64,000 nucleotides of DNA, from NCBI GenBank assembly GCA_902787835.1, contig CADAHU010000007.1, positions 19,441-83,440 of the forward strand, written 5' to 3'. The DNA comes from an uncultured Eubacteriales bacterium (lineage in GTDB: Bacteria; Bacillota; Clostridia; Christensenellales; Aristaeellaceae). The translations under genes and the position numbers were made by a program. Shown one piece after another: positions 9,501 through 17,614 of the stretch. Under the pieces are notes generated by a model. That model searched no databases and was not told where the DNA came from. It saw only the letters and a program-made list of their open reading frames with translations. Positions within the stretch are counted from its first letter, which is position 1. Each line of letters begins with the position of its first letter.

Positions 9501-9733
9501 AAGAAAAGCGGTGAATCGGCCTGCGCCATTCACCGCCTGCATCCTTTTAGATCGGCTGATTTTGAATAGCGCTCCATGGCCTTGTACCATGACAGTCAAG
9601 CGGATGTTTTCCCCTTGCCCAACGCGATTGCCCTGCCGTTGCTTTCGCATTTCGGCGGCTTCCCCTTTCGCGTGCGATCCTCGCCCTGGCAGGGGCTCCC
9701 GCGCGCTACTCTTGTCGGCCGCGCCTCTATTCC
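9501..9733 (-). promoter_or_regulatory. lysine riboswitch (L-box) with terminator, leader of the ABC importer operon
   Basis: The minus strand reads GGAAUAGAGGCGC..CAAGAGUA..GAAAGGGGAAGCCGCCGAA..GACUGUCA..CUAUUC, matching the conserved L-box blocks of B. subtilis lysC as I recall them. Aptamer is about 9564-9733. Terminator GCGGTGAAT/ATTCACCGC lies at 9508-9536 with a U-tract, just before the RBS. Confidence 0.85.
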
Positions 9734-9761
9734 ATCCAGGTCCTGCCTGAATGTTGAGGTG

Positions 9762-9790
9762 ACTATACACCCGTTTTTTGCCGCTGTCAA
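9762..9790 (-). promoter_or_regulatory. consensus promoter of the riboswitch/ABC operon
   Basis: Minus strand has TTGACA (9785-9790), 17 nt, TATAGT (9762-9767). Confidence 0.75.
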
Positions 9791-9961
9791 CCGTTTTTTG
9801 ATGATTTTTTATGTATTTTGATTGTATTTACATGCAAAATGCATTCTTTGTCCCAATAATCGCCAGATCCAACAAAGGCATGGGAAACAGCCTTTCCGGC
9901 CCTGGTCCGCGCCCCGGGATGTAAAATAACAACTGTTTTGCGCGAAAGCGGATCGCTTTAC

Positions 9962-9990
9962 TTGACAGAAATGCATGAATCAAGTACAAT
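9962..9990 (+). promoter_or_regulatory. promoter of the surface-protein gene
   Basis: TTGACA (9962-9967), 17 nt, TACAAT (9985-9990). Divergent from the riboswitch promoter. Confidence 0.7.
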
Positions 9991-10050
9991 GTAATTTGAA
10001 ATAATGCCGTTCCGCGCGCATTGGGCGCGTATCAGGAAGGGGGGTCGGGC

Positions 10051-12117
10051 ATGTTGTTTGCCCAGAACAAGAAGAGAATCGCACTGCTGCTTGCGCTGCT
10101 GTTGGCCATGCTGCTGTTTGCCATCCCTGCGCTGGCGGAGGAACCGCTGAGCTTTTCCCTGTCGGTGGAGCCCGCCAGCCTGACGGCGCCCGGGCCGGTC
10201 ACCGTATCCATCCGGGTGGTCAATAACAGCGGCGCCGATATGACCGAGCCTGTCTCCGTGCAGGATCCCGCCGGCGAGGTGGTCACCGCCTTCGGCGATA
10301 ACGGCCAGGCGCTGATCCGGGACGGTGAGTTCCGCACCGCCCAATATACCTATAATGTAAGCCAGGAGCAGCTGGACAAAGGCCAGCTGACCTATACCCT
10401 GAGCTATTACCAGGCCGAGGAGGACGGCGAGGTGGTGGAGCACGCCCAGATGCAGTCCGTGGCCATCGCCTACACCGGCACCAACGTGGATCTGATCGTC
10501 AACCGCAACATCGATCCCAAGGTGGTGCGCAACGGCAGCACGGTCAACGTGCAGTACGAGCTGTACAACGCCGGCAATGTGGAGATCAAAAACATCCGCG
10601 TCCGCGAGAACTCCAGCATCTCCCGCTCCAACCAGACGCTGCCGTCCCTGGCGCCCGGCGAGCGCAAAACCATCCAGTTTACCGCCACCATGGGCAATGC
10701 CGATCTGACCAGCGCGGGCAAGGTCACCTATACGGCGGATGGCGAAACCAGCACCATCACCCTGGCCGAGGAAAAGATCCCCAAGGCCAACCCCGGCCTG
10801 GTGCTGGGCGATGTCCTGACCGCCGATAAAACCTCCATCACCGAGGGCGAAGCCGTTACGCTGACGCTTTCCATCGCCAACAACGGCAACATCACCTATT
10901 CCAACATCACGGTGACCGACCCCACCTATGGGGAGCTGTTCACCAACCTGACGCTGGGCCCTGGTGAAACGCTGGTGCGGGATAAGCAGTTTACCCTGAG
11001 CGAGACCACCACCTTTAAGTATACCATCACCCTGCCGGACAACACCGGCACCACCAACACCGTGACCTCCAACGAGGTCAAGATCAGCGTGTATGATCCG
11101 TCGCAGGTGCTGGTGCTGGCAGTAACCGCCGACAGCGAGAGCGCCACCATCTCCAGCGCCCCGGCGGATGTGAACTTCACGCTGACGGTGACCAACAATT
11201 CCACCTTCGAGGCCAAGGATATCGCCTTGAGCCACGGACCCACCCGCTTTTATACCATCGAGAAGCTGGCGCCCTCCGAGTCGGTCACCATCACCCGCGC
11301 CTTCACCGTATCCCAGGCGGGCAAGTTCCGCTTTACCGCATCGGCCGCCGATCCGCTGAAGAACACCGTATCCTTCGACAGCAACGAGATCGTGCTGACC
11401 TATGCCCCGCCGGTGGTCACCCCCACCATGGCGCCCATCCCCACTGTGGCGCCCCTGGTCACCGTGACGGCTGCGCCCATCGAGGTGCTGGAGCCCGTCA
11501 AGCTGCAGACCAACGGCATTCTGCGCATCGCCGCCTACGTGCTGGGCGGGCTGTTTGCCGCCAGCTTCCTGCTGTTTGTGATCAGCACCGTGATCCGCGC
11601 CAAAAAGCACAGCGCCAGCAAGAACGCCTACGACCATATGGAGCTGGGCGAGAAGCGCGATTATAAAGAGCCCGCCCGCCATCCCGAAAGCTTCACCGAT
11701 CAGGAGGAGCCCGAGGACGGTATGGAAACCATCGCGCCGCCGGCGGCCTCCGAAACGCTCCCCTCGGACAGCATCCTGAACGAGGAGACCCCCGCCGTGG
11801 CGGAAAACGGCGAGGAGACCGTGGCCTACCGCCTGACCCGAGAGGAAAGCTCGCTCTTTGCCCCGCCGGCCCAGCAGTCCCAGACCGCCGAGCCGGAACC
11901 GGAGCAGCAGCCCCAGGCGGACTCTGCTCCCGCCGAGCAGGCCTCTCTGCCCGAGGATATCCCGCTGCCGCCCCCGGTAAAGCCCATCTCCCTGGATCAC
12001 ATCGAGGAGATCACCCCGCAGCTCGTTTCCAAGGCGGATCAGACTCCTATCAAGGAAAAAGCGCAGCGTCACCGCCGCGCCAACCGCAGCGCCGACGCGC
12101 CCAGTGAGGACGAATAA
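10051..12117 (+). CDS. type I membrane-anchored surface protein with four CARDB/Ig-like repeats and an acidic cytoplasmic tail
   Basis: ATG 10051 sits 6 nt after AGGAAGGGGGG. Signal peptide MLFAQNKKRIALLLALLLAMLLFAIPALA, then four modules of about 100 aa (pattern V.V.N.G....I.V.D ... L.PGE.). A P/T/V linker follows, then the TM helix ILRIAAYVLGGLFAASFLLFVISTVI plus RAKKH, then a disordered E/P/Q-rich tail of about 190 aa. Confidence 0.8.
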   Translation: MLFAQNKKRIALLLALLLAMLLFAIPALAEEPLSFSLSVEPASLTAPGPVTVSIRVVNNSGADMTEPVSVQDPAGEVVTAFGDNGQALIRDGEFRTAQYTYNVSQEQLDKGQLTYTLSYYQAEEDGEVVEHAQMQSVAIAYTGTNVDLIVNRNIDPKVVRNGSTVNVQYELYNAGNVEIKNIRVRENSSISRSNQTLPSLAPGERKTIQFTATMGNADLTSAGKVTYTADGETSTITLAEEKIPKANPGLVLGDVLTADKTSITEGEAVTLTLSIANNGNITYSNITVTDPTYGELFTNLTLGPGETLVRDKQFTLSETTTFKYTITLPDNTGTTNTVTSNEVKISVYDPSQVLVLAVTADSESATISSAPADVNFTLTVTNNSTFEAKDIALSHGPTRFYTIEKLAPSESVTITRAFTVSQAGKFRFTASAADPLKNTVSFDSNEIVLTYAPPVVTPTMAPIPTVAPLVTVTAAPIEVLEPVKLQTNGILRIAAYVLGGLFAASFLLFVISTVIRAKKHSASKNAYDHMELGEKRDYKEPARHPESFTDQEEPEDGMETIAPPAASETLPSDSILNEETPAVAENGEETVAYRLTREESSLFAPPAQQSQTAEPEPEQQPQADSAPAEQASLPEDIPLPPPVKPISLDHIEEITPQLVSKADQTPIKEKAQRHRRANRSADAPSEDE

Positions 12118-12127
12118 AGCTTCCCAT

Positions 12128-12154
12128 CCCCCGGTTTTCGCCGGGGGATATTTT
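12128..12154 (+). terminator. intrinsic terminator after the surface-protein gene
   Basis: CCCCCGG (12128-12134) / CCGGGGG (12141-12147), followed by ATATTTTA. Confidence 0.6.
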
Positions 12155-12243
12155 AATGATCCCGCTACGCCAACGCAAAGAAAAAACTGGGCAAACAGAC
12201 CGATTGCTGGTATAATAGGGAAAAACGCATGGAGGCGCGAGCG

Positions 12244-13035
12244 ATGCAATTTGGCATGCCTTTTCTGCTGGAAAACAGCAGCATAGAAGACGCGGCCCGG
12301 CTGGGCGCGGAGCTGAAGCTGGATTTTGTGGAGCTGAACATGAGCTTTCCGCTGTGCGGCCTGGACAATATGAGCGCGGCGGAGCTGACTGACCTGCAGG
12401 AGAAATACGGCGTTTATTTTACCTTCCACCTGCACGAGGAAATGGCCCCCTGCACCTTCTCCAAATACGTACGGGAGGCCTGGCTGCGGGAGGCCCGGGA
12501 GGCCATCACCCTGGCCCGGCTGGCGCATATGCCCGCCGTCAATCTGCATTGGCTGCGGGGCATTTATGTAACGCTGCCCGACCATGTGGATCATCTGTTC
12601 AGCCGCTATCGGAAGGCGTACGAGCAGAACGTGCTCGCCTTCCGTTCCATCTGTGAGGAGGCCAGCCAGGGCCAGGTGCGGGTCTGCGTGGAGAACACCG
12701 AGCGTCCCTGGGAGCCCTTCCAGACCGATACCATCGAGCTGCTGCTGGAATCTGATGCCTTCGGCCTGACGCTGGACGTGGGGCATGAAAAGGTGGCGGG
12801 CTACAAGGACGCCTGGTTTTACGAAAAGCATCCCGGGAGGCTGAACCATATGCACCTGCACGACGCCAGGCCCAACCAATGTCATATGCCCCTGGGCGCG
12901 GGCGAATTGGATATCGCGTCGCTGGTGCACAGGGCGGACACAGCGAACGCCCGGGCGGTGATCGAGATCAAAACGGAGGCTGCCCTGCGCAGCAGCGTGC
13001 AGTATCTGCGGGAAAGAGGGCTGTACCATGCTTGA
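12244..13035 (+). CDS. sugar phosphate isomerase/epimerase (xylose-isomerase-like TIM barrel)
   Basis: Family pattern: ...FVELNM..., HLHEE, VCVEN, LDVGHE, HMHLHD. ATG 12244 is 8 nt after GGAGG. An extended -10 TGGTATAAT lies at 12208-12216. Confidence 0.75.
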   Translation: MQFGMPFLLENSSIEDAARLGAELKLDFVELNMSFPLCGLDNMSAAELTDLQEKYGVYFTFHLHEEMAPCTFSKYVREAWLREAREAITLARLAHMPAVNLHWLRGIYVTLPDHVDHLFSRYRKAYEQNVLAFRSICEEASQGQVRVCVENTERPWEPFQTDTIELLLESDAFGLTLDVGHEKVAGYKDAWFYEKHPGRLNHMHLHDARPNQCHMPLGAGELDIASLVHRADTANARAVIEIKTEAALRSSVQYLRERGLYHA

Positions 13036-13705
13036 TATCCGCGGGCGGCTGCTGGCCCTGGAGGATCCGGCCAACGCTGATCTTCAGTTTAAATTGGCCC
13101 CGGGGCTGCGGCGGGAGGACATGCTGGGCATCCGCTTTCCCGCGCTGCGGCAGCTGGCAAAGGAGATCCAAAAATCCCCGGAGTCTGCGGCTTTTCTGGC
13201 CGATCTGCCCCATCGATACTTTGATGAGAACAACCTGCACGCCGTGCTGATCAGCGGTATCCGGGATCTGGACGCCTGCGTGGCTGCGCTGGACGCCTTT
13301 CTGCCCCACGTGGATAACTGGTGTACCTGCGATACGCTGATCCCCACCTGCTTCAAAAAGCACACCGGCGAAGCGCTGCCGCACATCCGCCGGTGGATGG
13401 GAAGCGCCCATACCTATACCTGCCGGTTTGGCATTGGCGCGCTGATGCGGTTTTATCTGGACGGGGATTTTGACCCGGAATACCTCTCCTGGGTGGCCGA
13501 GATCCGCTCGGAGGAATACTACATCAACATGATGATTGCCTGGTATTTTGCCACCGCCCTGGCCAAGCAGTATGACGCCGCCCTGCCCCTGATCCAATCC
13601 CGCGCCCTGGCCTCCTGGACGCACAACAAGGCCATCCAGAAGGCTATCGAAAGCTTCCGCGTAACCCCGGAACACAAGGAAGCGCTGCGAAAGCTGAAGG
13701 TATAA
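13028..13705 (+). CDS. DNA alkylation repair protein (AlkD-like HEAT-repeat family)
   Basis: 225 aa. ...FPALRQLAKEI..., NWCTCD, YYINMMIAWYFATAL and SWTHNKAIQKAIES are typical of the family. It overlaps the upstream gene by 8 nt. Confidence 0.8.
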   Translation: MLDIRGRLLALEDPANADLQFKLAPGLRREDMLGIRFPALRQLAKEIQKSPESAAFLADLPHRYFDENNLHAVLISGIRDLDACVAALDAFLPHVDNWCTCDTLIPTCFKKHTGEALPHIRRWMGSAHTYTCRFGIGALMRFYLDGDFDPEYLSWVAEIRSEEYYINMMIAWYFATALAKQYDAALPLIQSRALASWTHNKAIQKAIESFRVTPEHKEALRKLKV

Positions 13706-13721
13706 GCTTTTCCTGTCGAGC

Positions 13722-14196
13722 TGCAAATTGGGATTTGACGGGGAGAGGGGTACGAACGGGGGCGTTCCTTCTTGGAGCCCAAGAAGGAACCGAAGAAGGC
13801 TGCGTTTGTCGCCGTAAATGCTGCGGGCTTTTCCGCCAACAGGCTTTAACGCCTGCCACCGTTCCCGGGCAGCACGGCTACGCCGTGCGCGCGGTGCGCA
13901 AAGCACACCGCTGAACAAAGAGAAAATCCCTGAAAAATGAACAAGCTCATTTTTCAGGGATTTTCCCTTTGTTCTTTTGCCCGGGAACTCGCTTGGCGAC
14001 TTAACCAAGCTAGCGGAAACGAGTTTGTTTTCCAATTCAAGTAGTTCGCCCCGTTGGGAGTCCAGAGGGCCCGCAGCGTCCGAAAAATGATCCAGTGGAT
14101 CATTTTTAGCGAGGGCGGGCCGGAAGGCCCCGGACCCGAAGGTCCTTTGGCGCAGAGCTCGAGGCCGCGGAGGCCTCGCCAAATCTCAATTTGCGC
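13722..14196 (+). repeat. hairpin-mosaic intergenic repeat, copy B (core 13752-14051) with terminal inverted repeats
   Basis: Same core as copy A. TIRs are GCAAATTGGGATTTG (13723-13737) and, reverse-complemented, GCAAATTGAGATTTG (14180-14194). Extra hairpins lie at 14083-14107, 14117-14130 and 14132-14145. Confidence 0.9.
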
Positions 14197-14212
14197 AATT
14201 GTTCGTCCCGTC

Positions 14213-15178
14213 TCAATACCCGATTTCCTTCAGAATCCGATCCAGCAGCCGCGCGGTCATCAGGGAGAATTCCCGGGTAACGCGCGGTTTCTCCTCGCCC
14301 AGGATGCAGCGGCCCAGCTGCTCCACCTCCAGGGTGTAATTATCCCGGGCAAACACCGTTTTGACCTGGGTTTCGCCGTCGTGGGTCACCGTATAGGCGA
14401 TCTCGCCGGACTGGTTGAACCGCACGTCGGATACGATGCTTCCCCGGGTGCCGTGCACGCGGAAGCGATCCACCCGCGCATTGGGCAGCGCCATGCCGCA
14501 GTCCAGGCTGGCGAACGCGCCGTTGGCATAGGTCAGCACCGCGGAGGTGAACAAATCCACGCCGCGGTCGGAGAACTGCGCCGACGCGCGCACGTCCTGC
14601 GGCTCCCCCATCATCCACAGCGTCATGCTGGCGGCATAGCAGCCCAGATCGTACAGCGCGCCGCCATATTTTTCCTTATACATGCGGATATCGGTATCGG
14701 GCGTGCGTCCGCCGATGAAGGCCGACTCAAAATAGCAGATATCGCCCACAGCGCCGGCGTCCAGCTCCTGCTTGACCGCATCCATAAAGGGGTTATGCAG
14801 GTAGGCAAAGGCCTCCATCAGGTGCACGCCGCAGCGGTCCGCGGCCTCAACCATCCGCCGCGCCTCAGCCTCGCTGCCCGCCAGCGGCTTTTCGCACAGC
14901 ACATGCTTGCCGGCCTCCATGGCGCGGATGCTCCAGGGCGCGTGCAGGTCATTGGGCAGCGGGATATACACCGCCTCCACCTGGGGATCGTTCAGCAGCT
15001 CCTCATAGCTGCCGTAGGCCTTCTCAAAGCCGAAATCCTGCTGGAATTGCCTTGCCTTCTCCAAACTGCGTCCCGCAATGGCGTACAGCTGGCAGTTTTC
15101 GGCCTTCTGCATGCCGGGAATGGTGGCCCAGCGCGCGATGCCCGCCGTGCCCAATACGCCCCAACGAATCTTTCTCAT
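14213..15178 (-). CDS. Gfo/Idh/MocA family oxidoreductase
   Basis: MRKIRWGVLGTAGIA Rossmann N-terminus and the EKPLA motif. ATG 15178 follows GGGAGGAGGA. Confidence 0.9.
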   Translation of the reverse strand: MRKIRWGVLGTAGIARWATIPGMQKAENCQLYAIAGRSLEKARQFQQDFGFEKAYGSYEELLNDPQVEAVYIPLPNDLHAPWSIRAMEAGKHVLCEKPLAGSEAEARRMVEAADRCGVHLMEAFAYLHNPFMDAVKQELDAGAVGDICYFESAFIGGRTPDTDIRMYKEKYGGALYDLGCYAASMTLWMMGEPQDVRASAQFSDRGVDLFTSAVLTYANGAFASLDCGMALPNARVDRFRVHGTRGSIVSDVRFNQSGEIAYTVTHDGETQVKTVFARDNYTLEVEQLGRCILGEEKPRVTREFSLMTARLLDRILKEIGY

Positions 15179-15238
15179 GGCTCCTCCTCCCATCGTAAAC
15201 AAAGGACCATACCGGTTTTCCCGGCATGGCCATCATCA

Positions 15239-16414
15239 TTAATCCAAATGCTCAAACAAATCCCCGGCGCCGGTGTCCTCGCCCACCTCGCTGTATACCA
15301 GGCCGTAGGCGCTGCCATCGCATACGCCCTCGCCCCAGGTCAGATTGGAGCCCTTCAGCGATTTGCGCTGATAATCCTGCAGGGCATAGGCCTGCTGCGC
15401 CATCTCGTCGGCGGTCTTCCCGCCGTAATAATCCAGGGGCTGATGATAATCGATCACCGTTTCATGATCTCCGTACAAATGCAGATACAGCTTTTTGACC
15501 TTCCAGTTGCCCCAGTTGGCATAGCCATAGCCCACGTCGTACAGCTCGTCCATGGCGGTGGTCAGAGAGCGGATGGCGGCGTCGGCGCATACCTTATGCC
15601 CGCCATCGATGCCCTCGCCGTTTTTGGAGTGGGTCACCAGCACATCGGGCTTGTACATGCGCACGATGCGGGAAACGTGGCGCACAAACTGCACCTCGCT
15701 CCAGTTGTCATACTGGCCCTGCAGGCTGGTGCTCATGCGGGGCTTGAAATAGGCCATATAGGGATAATTGCGCAGCCCCAGCTGCCAGGCGCCGTCCAGC
15801 AGCTGGCTCTTGTAGGCCGCGATGGTGTTGACGCACTCGCAGAGCATGATCTCCTTGCCCTGGGCGATATAGGTGGGCAGCAGGCCGCCGAAAAACAGGT
15901 ATTCATCCCCGGGATCGGTGATCAGCAGCACCAGATCGGCCTTGCCTTCAAAGGCATTCCACCGCTGCACCCAGGCGGGCAGCTCCCCCGCGCCCAGAGC
16001 GTGCAGCTCGCTGACCTTCATCTCATAGCCGTCCTTGGAGGTGTTCACCAGACGAACGGCCTGATAGCCAGCCTCCAGCGGGATATACTGGTGATAAAAT
16101 TCATCCTCGGTGGTATAGATCGCAACCCAATCGCCCGACGCCGCGTCATAGGCCCGTGCCTCCCAGGGTGTGATATGGCCCCAGCAGACGTAAAGGCCGT
16201 ACAGCAGCTCTCCCTCCGGGGCGGTGATCTCCACATAATTGTTCTTGGTGCCCGTCCAGTAGGTGTAATAATCGCCGTCGGTCATGGCCGCAATGTTCTT
16301 TTTATCCTGGGAGACCGCCAGCGCGCATTGGCCCGTGATCTCCTGGGCCTCCTCGGCCAGGGCGGAAGCGCACAGCGCCATCAGCAGGGCCAGCAAAACA
16401 AAAAGCTTTTTCAT
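15239..16414 (-). CDS. secreted PIG-L/LmbE-like deacetylase with N-terminal discoidin (F5/8 type C)-like domain
   Basis: Signal peptide MKKLFVLLALLMALCASALA. N-terminal jelly-roll-like region of about 140 aa (DGDYYTYW...), then LLITDPGDEYLFFGG (an AHPDDE-like motif) and a downstream His-containing motif. Confidence 0.6.
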   Translation of the reverse strand: MKKLFVLLALLMALCASALAEEAQEITGQCALAVSQDKKNIAAMTDGDYYTYWTGTKNNYVEITAPEGELLYGLYVCWGHITPWEARAYDAASGDWVAIYTTEDEFYHQYIPLEAGYQAVRLVNTSKDGYEMKVSELHALGAGELPAWVQRWNAFEGKADLVLLITDPGDEYLFFGGLLPTYIAQGKEIMLCECVNTIAAYKSQLLDGAWQLGLRNYPYMAYFKPRMSTSLQGQYDNWSEVQFVRHVSRIVRMYKPDVLVTHSKNGEGIDGGHKVCADAAIRSLTTAMDELYDVGYGYANWGNWKVKKLYLHLYGDHETVIDYHQPLDYYGGKTADEMAQQAYALQDYQRKSLKGSNLTWGEGVCDGSAYGLVYSEVGEDTGAGDLFEHLD

Positions 16415-16483
16415 CGGTGATCCTTTCTGCGTGAAAAGCCGGCCCGCCCGGAGGGGCAGGTCGGCCAAAATGCGATGGAAAAA

Positions 16484-16798
16484 TTATTCCTCGTCTTCCT
16501 CGTCCATGGACTCCATGAACTTATCGAACACAGCCTGGGATACGTCCTCGTCCTCCACGCTGACGTAGATGTCCTCGCCGTTCTCGTCCTGTTCGATCTG
16601 CAGGATCACCACTTCGCCGTCATCGTCGTCGCCGGGCTCGTTGCCCTCGTCATCCAGCACCAGCAGCACCACGTATTCGCCGCCCTCATGGGAGATGGTG
16701 GTCAGGTATTCAAACTTGGAAACGACGCCGTCCTCGTCGGTCAGTTCCACAATATTGTCTTCCTCTTCGGGGATCTGGTTGTTGATTTCATCGGTCAT
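16484..16798 (-). CDS. DUF1292 domain protein (YrzB-like)
   Basis: Acidic 104-aa protein, ...IVELTDEDGVVSKFEYLTTISHEGGEYVVLL... It holds the conserved position downstream of ruvX. Confidence 0.9.
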   Translation of the reverse strand: MTDEINNQIPEEEDNIVELTDEDGVVSKFEYLTTISHEGGEYVVLLVLDDEGNEPGDDDDGEVVILQIEQDENGEDIYVSVEDEDVSQAVFDKFMESMDEEDEE

Positions 16799-16818
16799 GG
16801 GGTTTTTCCTCCTCGTTA

Positions 16819-17262
16819 TTAATCCACTATGTGGGATGCGTCGATATTGCGCAGCGTATCCAGATACTGCTGCAGGATCACGGCGGCGGCCACCTTATCC
16901 ACGGTGCCGCGGCGCTCCTCCCGGTGCATGCCGCCCTCGATCAGCGCCCGCTCCGCCGTCACGGTGGTGAGCCGCTCATCCTGGTAGATCACATGCAGCC
17001 CGGCGGCCTCCAGCTGCTCGGCCAGGGCCAGCACCTTTTTGGCCTGGAAACCGATGCTGCCGTCCATGTTGCGGGGCAGGCCGCACAGCACGCTGCGGGT
17101 GCCCATCTCATCGCAAAGCGCCTTGATGTGCCGCACATCCGGCCCGAAGCCCACGCGCTTGTATACGCTGTGTGGGGTGGCGATCAGCCGGGTTTCATCG
17201 CACACGGCGATGCCAATGCGCACGTCACCCACGTCCAGCGCCACGATCCGTCCCTGGCTCAT
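16819..17262 (-). CDS. ruvX: Holliday junction resolvase RuvX (YqgF)
   Basis: [19 protein letters not shown]-terminus and conserved ireB-ruvX-DUF1292 synteny. Confidence 0.95.
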   Translation of the reverse strand: MSQGRIVALDVGDVRIGIAVCDETRLIATPHSVYKRVGFGPDVRHIKALCDEMGTRSVLCGLPRNMDGSIGFQAKKVLALAEQLEAAGLHVIYQDERLTTVTAERALIEGGMHREERRGTVDKVAAAVILQQYLDTLRNIDASHIVD

Positions 17263-17522
17263 TGGTCAAAATTCTCCGTCAGGTAGAAGTACACCAGCTC
17301 CTCCAGGATCTCATCGCGTTCCAGGCGGCAGATCATGCTGCGGGCGTTGTTGAAGCTGGTGATGTAGGTGGGATCGCCCGTCAGAATAAAACCCGTGATC
17401 TGCGTGATCGGGTCGTATCCCTTGGCCTGCAGCGCCCGATAGACGTATTCCAGGATCCCCCTGGCGGTGCTGTGGCTGTCCCGGATGGGCTGAAGCTTCG
17501 TGGTATCGTTCAGGTTTGACAA
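17259..17522 (-). CDS. ireB: IreB family regulatory phosphoprotein (UPF0297)
   Basis: ...[30 protein letters not shown]... TTG start 7 nt after AAAGGGGGG. Confidence 0.9.
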   Translation of the reverse strand: MSNLNDTTKLQPIRDSHSTARGILEYVYRALQAKGYDPITQITGFILTGDPTYITSFNNARSMICRLERDEILEELVYFYLTENFDQ

Positions 17523-17614
17523 GGCAGTCCCCCCTTTACTGATAGAATATTATACCCCGTTTTGTTAAAAATGGCAATACCAAAAGCCGGTATTTCGGGC
17601 GAAATCGGCGCACT

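Noticed and set aside
9501-9745. Reading the ABC-operon leader as a T-box because of UGGUAC at about 9575-9585
   Set aside because: It lacks the AGAGA bulge/distal-loop layout and the full T-box sequence. All conserved lysine-riboswitch blocks are present in the right order instead.
9958-13074. 1038-aa minus-strand ORF
   Set aside because: It is antisense to the surface-protein gene, the isomerase gene and an intergenic terminator. Its composition is Gly/Arg/His/Leu-rich nonsense.
13861-13988. TTCCCGGG-containing helix arms of the repeat as Noc-binding sites (consensus ATTTCCCGGGAAAT), given the ParB/Noc-like gene in the window
   Set aside because: Only the central CCCGGG core matches, and copy A has CCCTGG/CCAGGG instead. 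The flanking AT half-sites are absent.
14110-14150. Collagen-like GPEGPGPEGP translation
   Set aside because: It arises from two small GC hairpins of repeat copy B, inside an antisense artefact ORF. It is not a coding repeat.
13722-14196. Repeat copies as a CRISPR array or degenerate CRISPR
   Set aside because: There is no constant direct repeat alternating with unique spacers at fixed periodicity. The units are different inverted repeats, and no cas genes are nearby.
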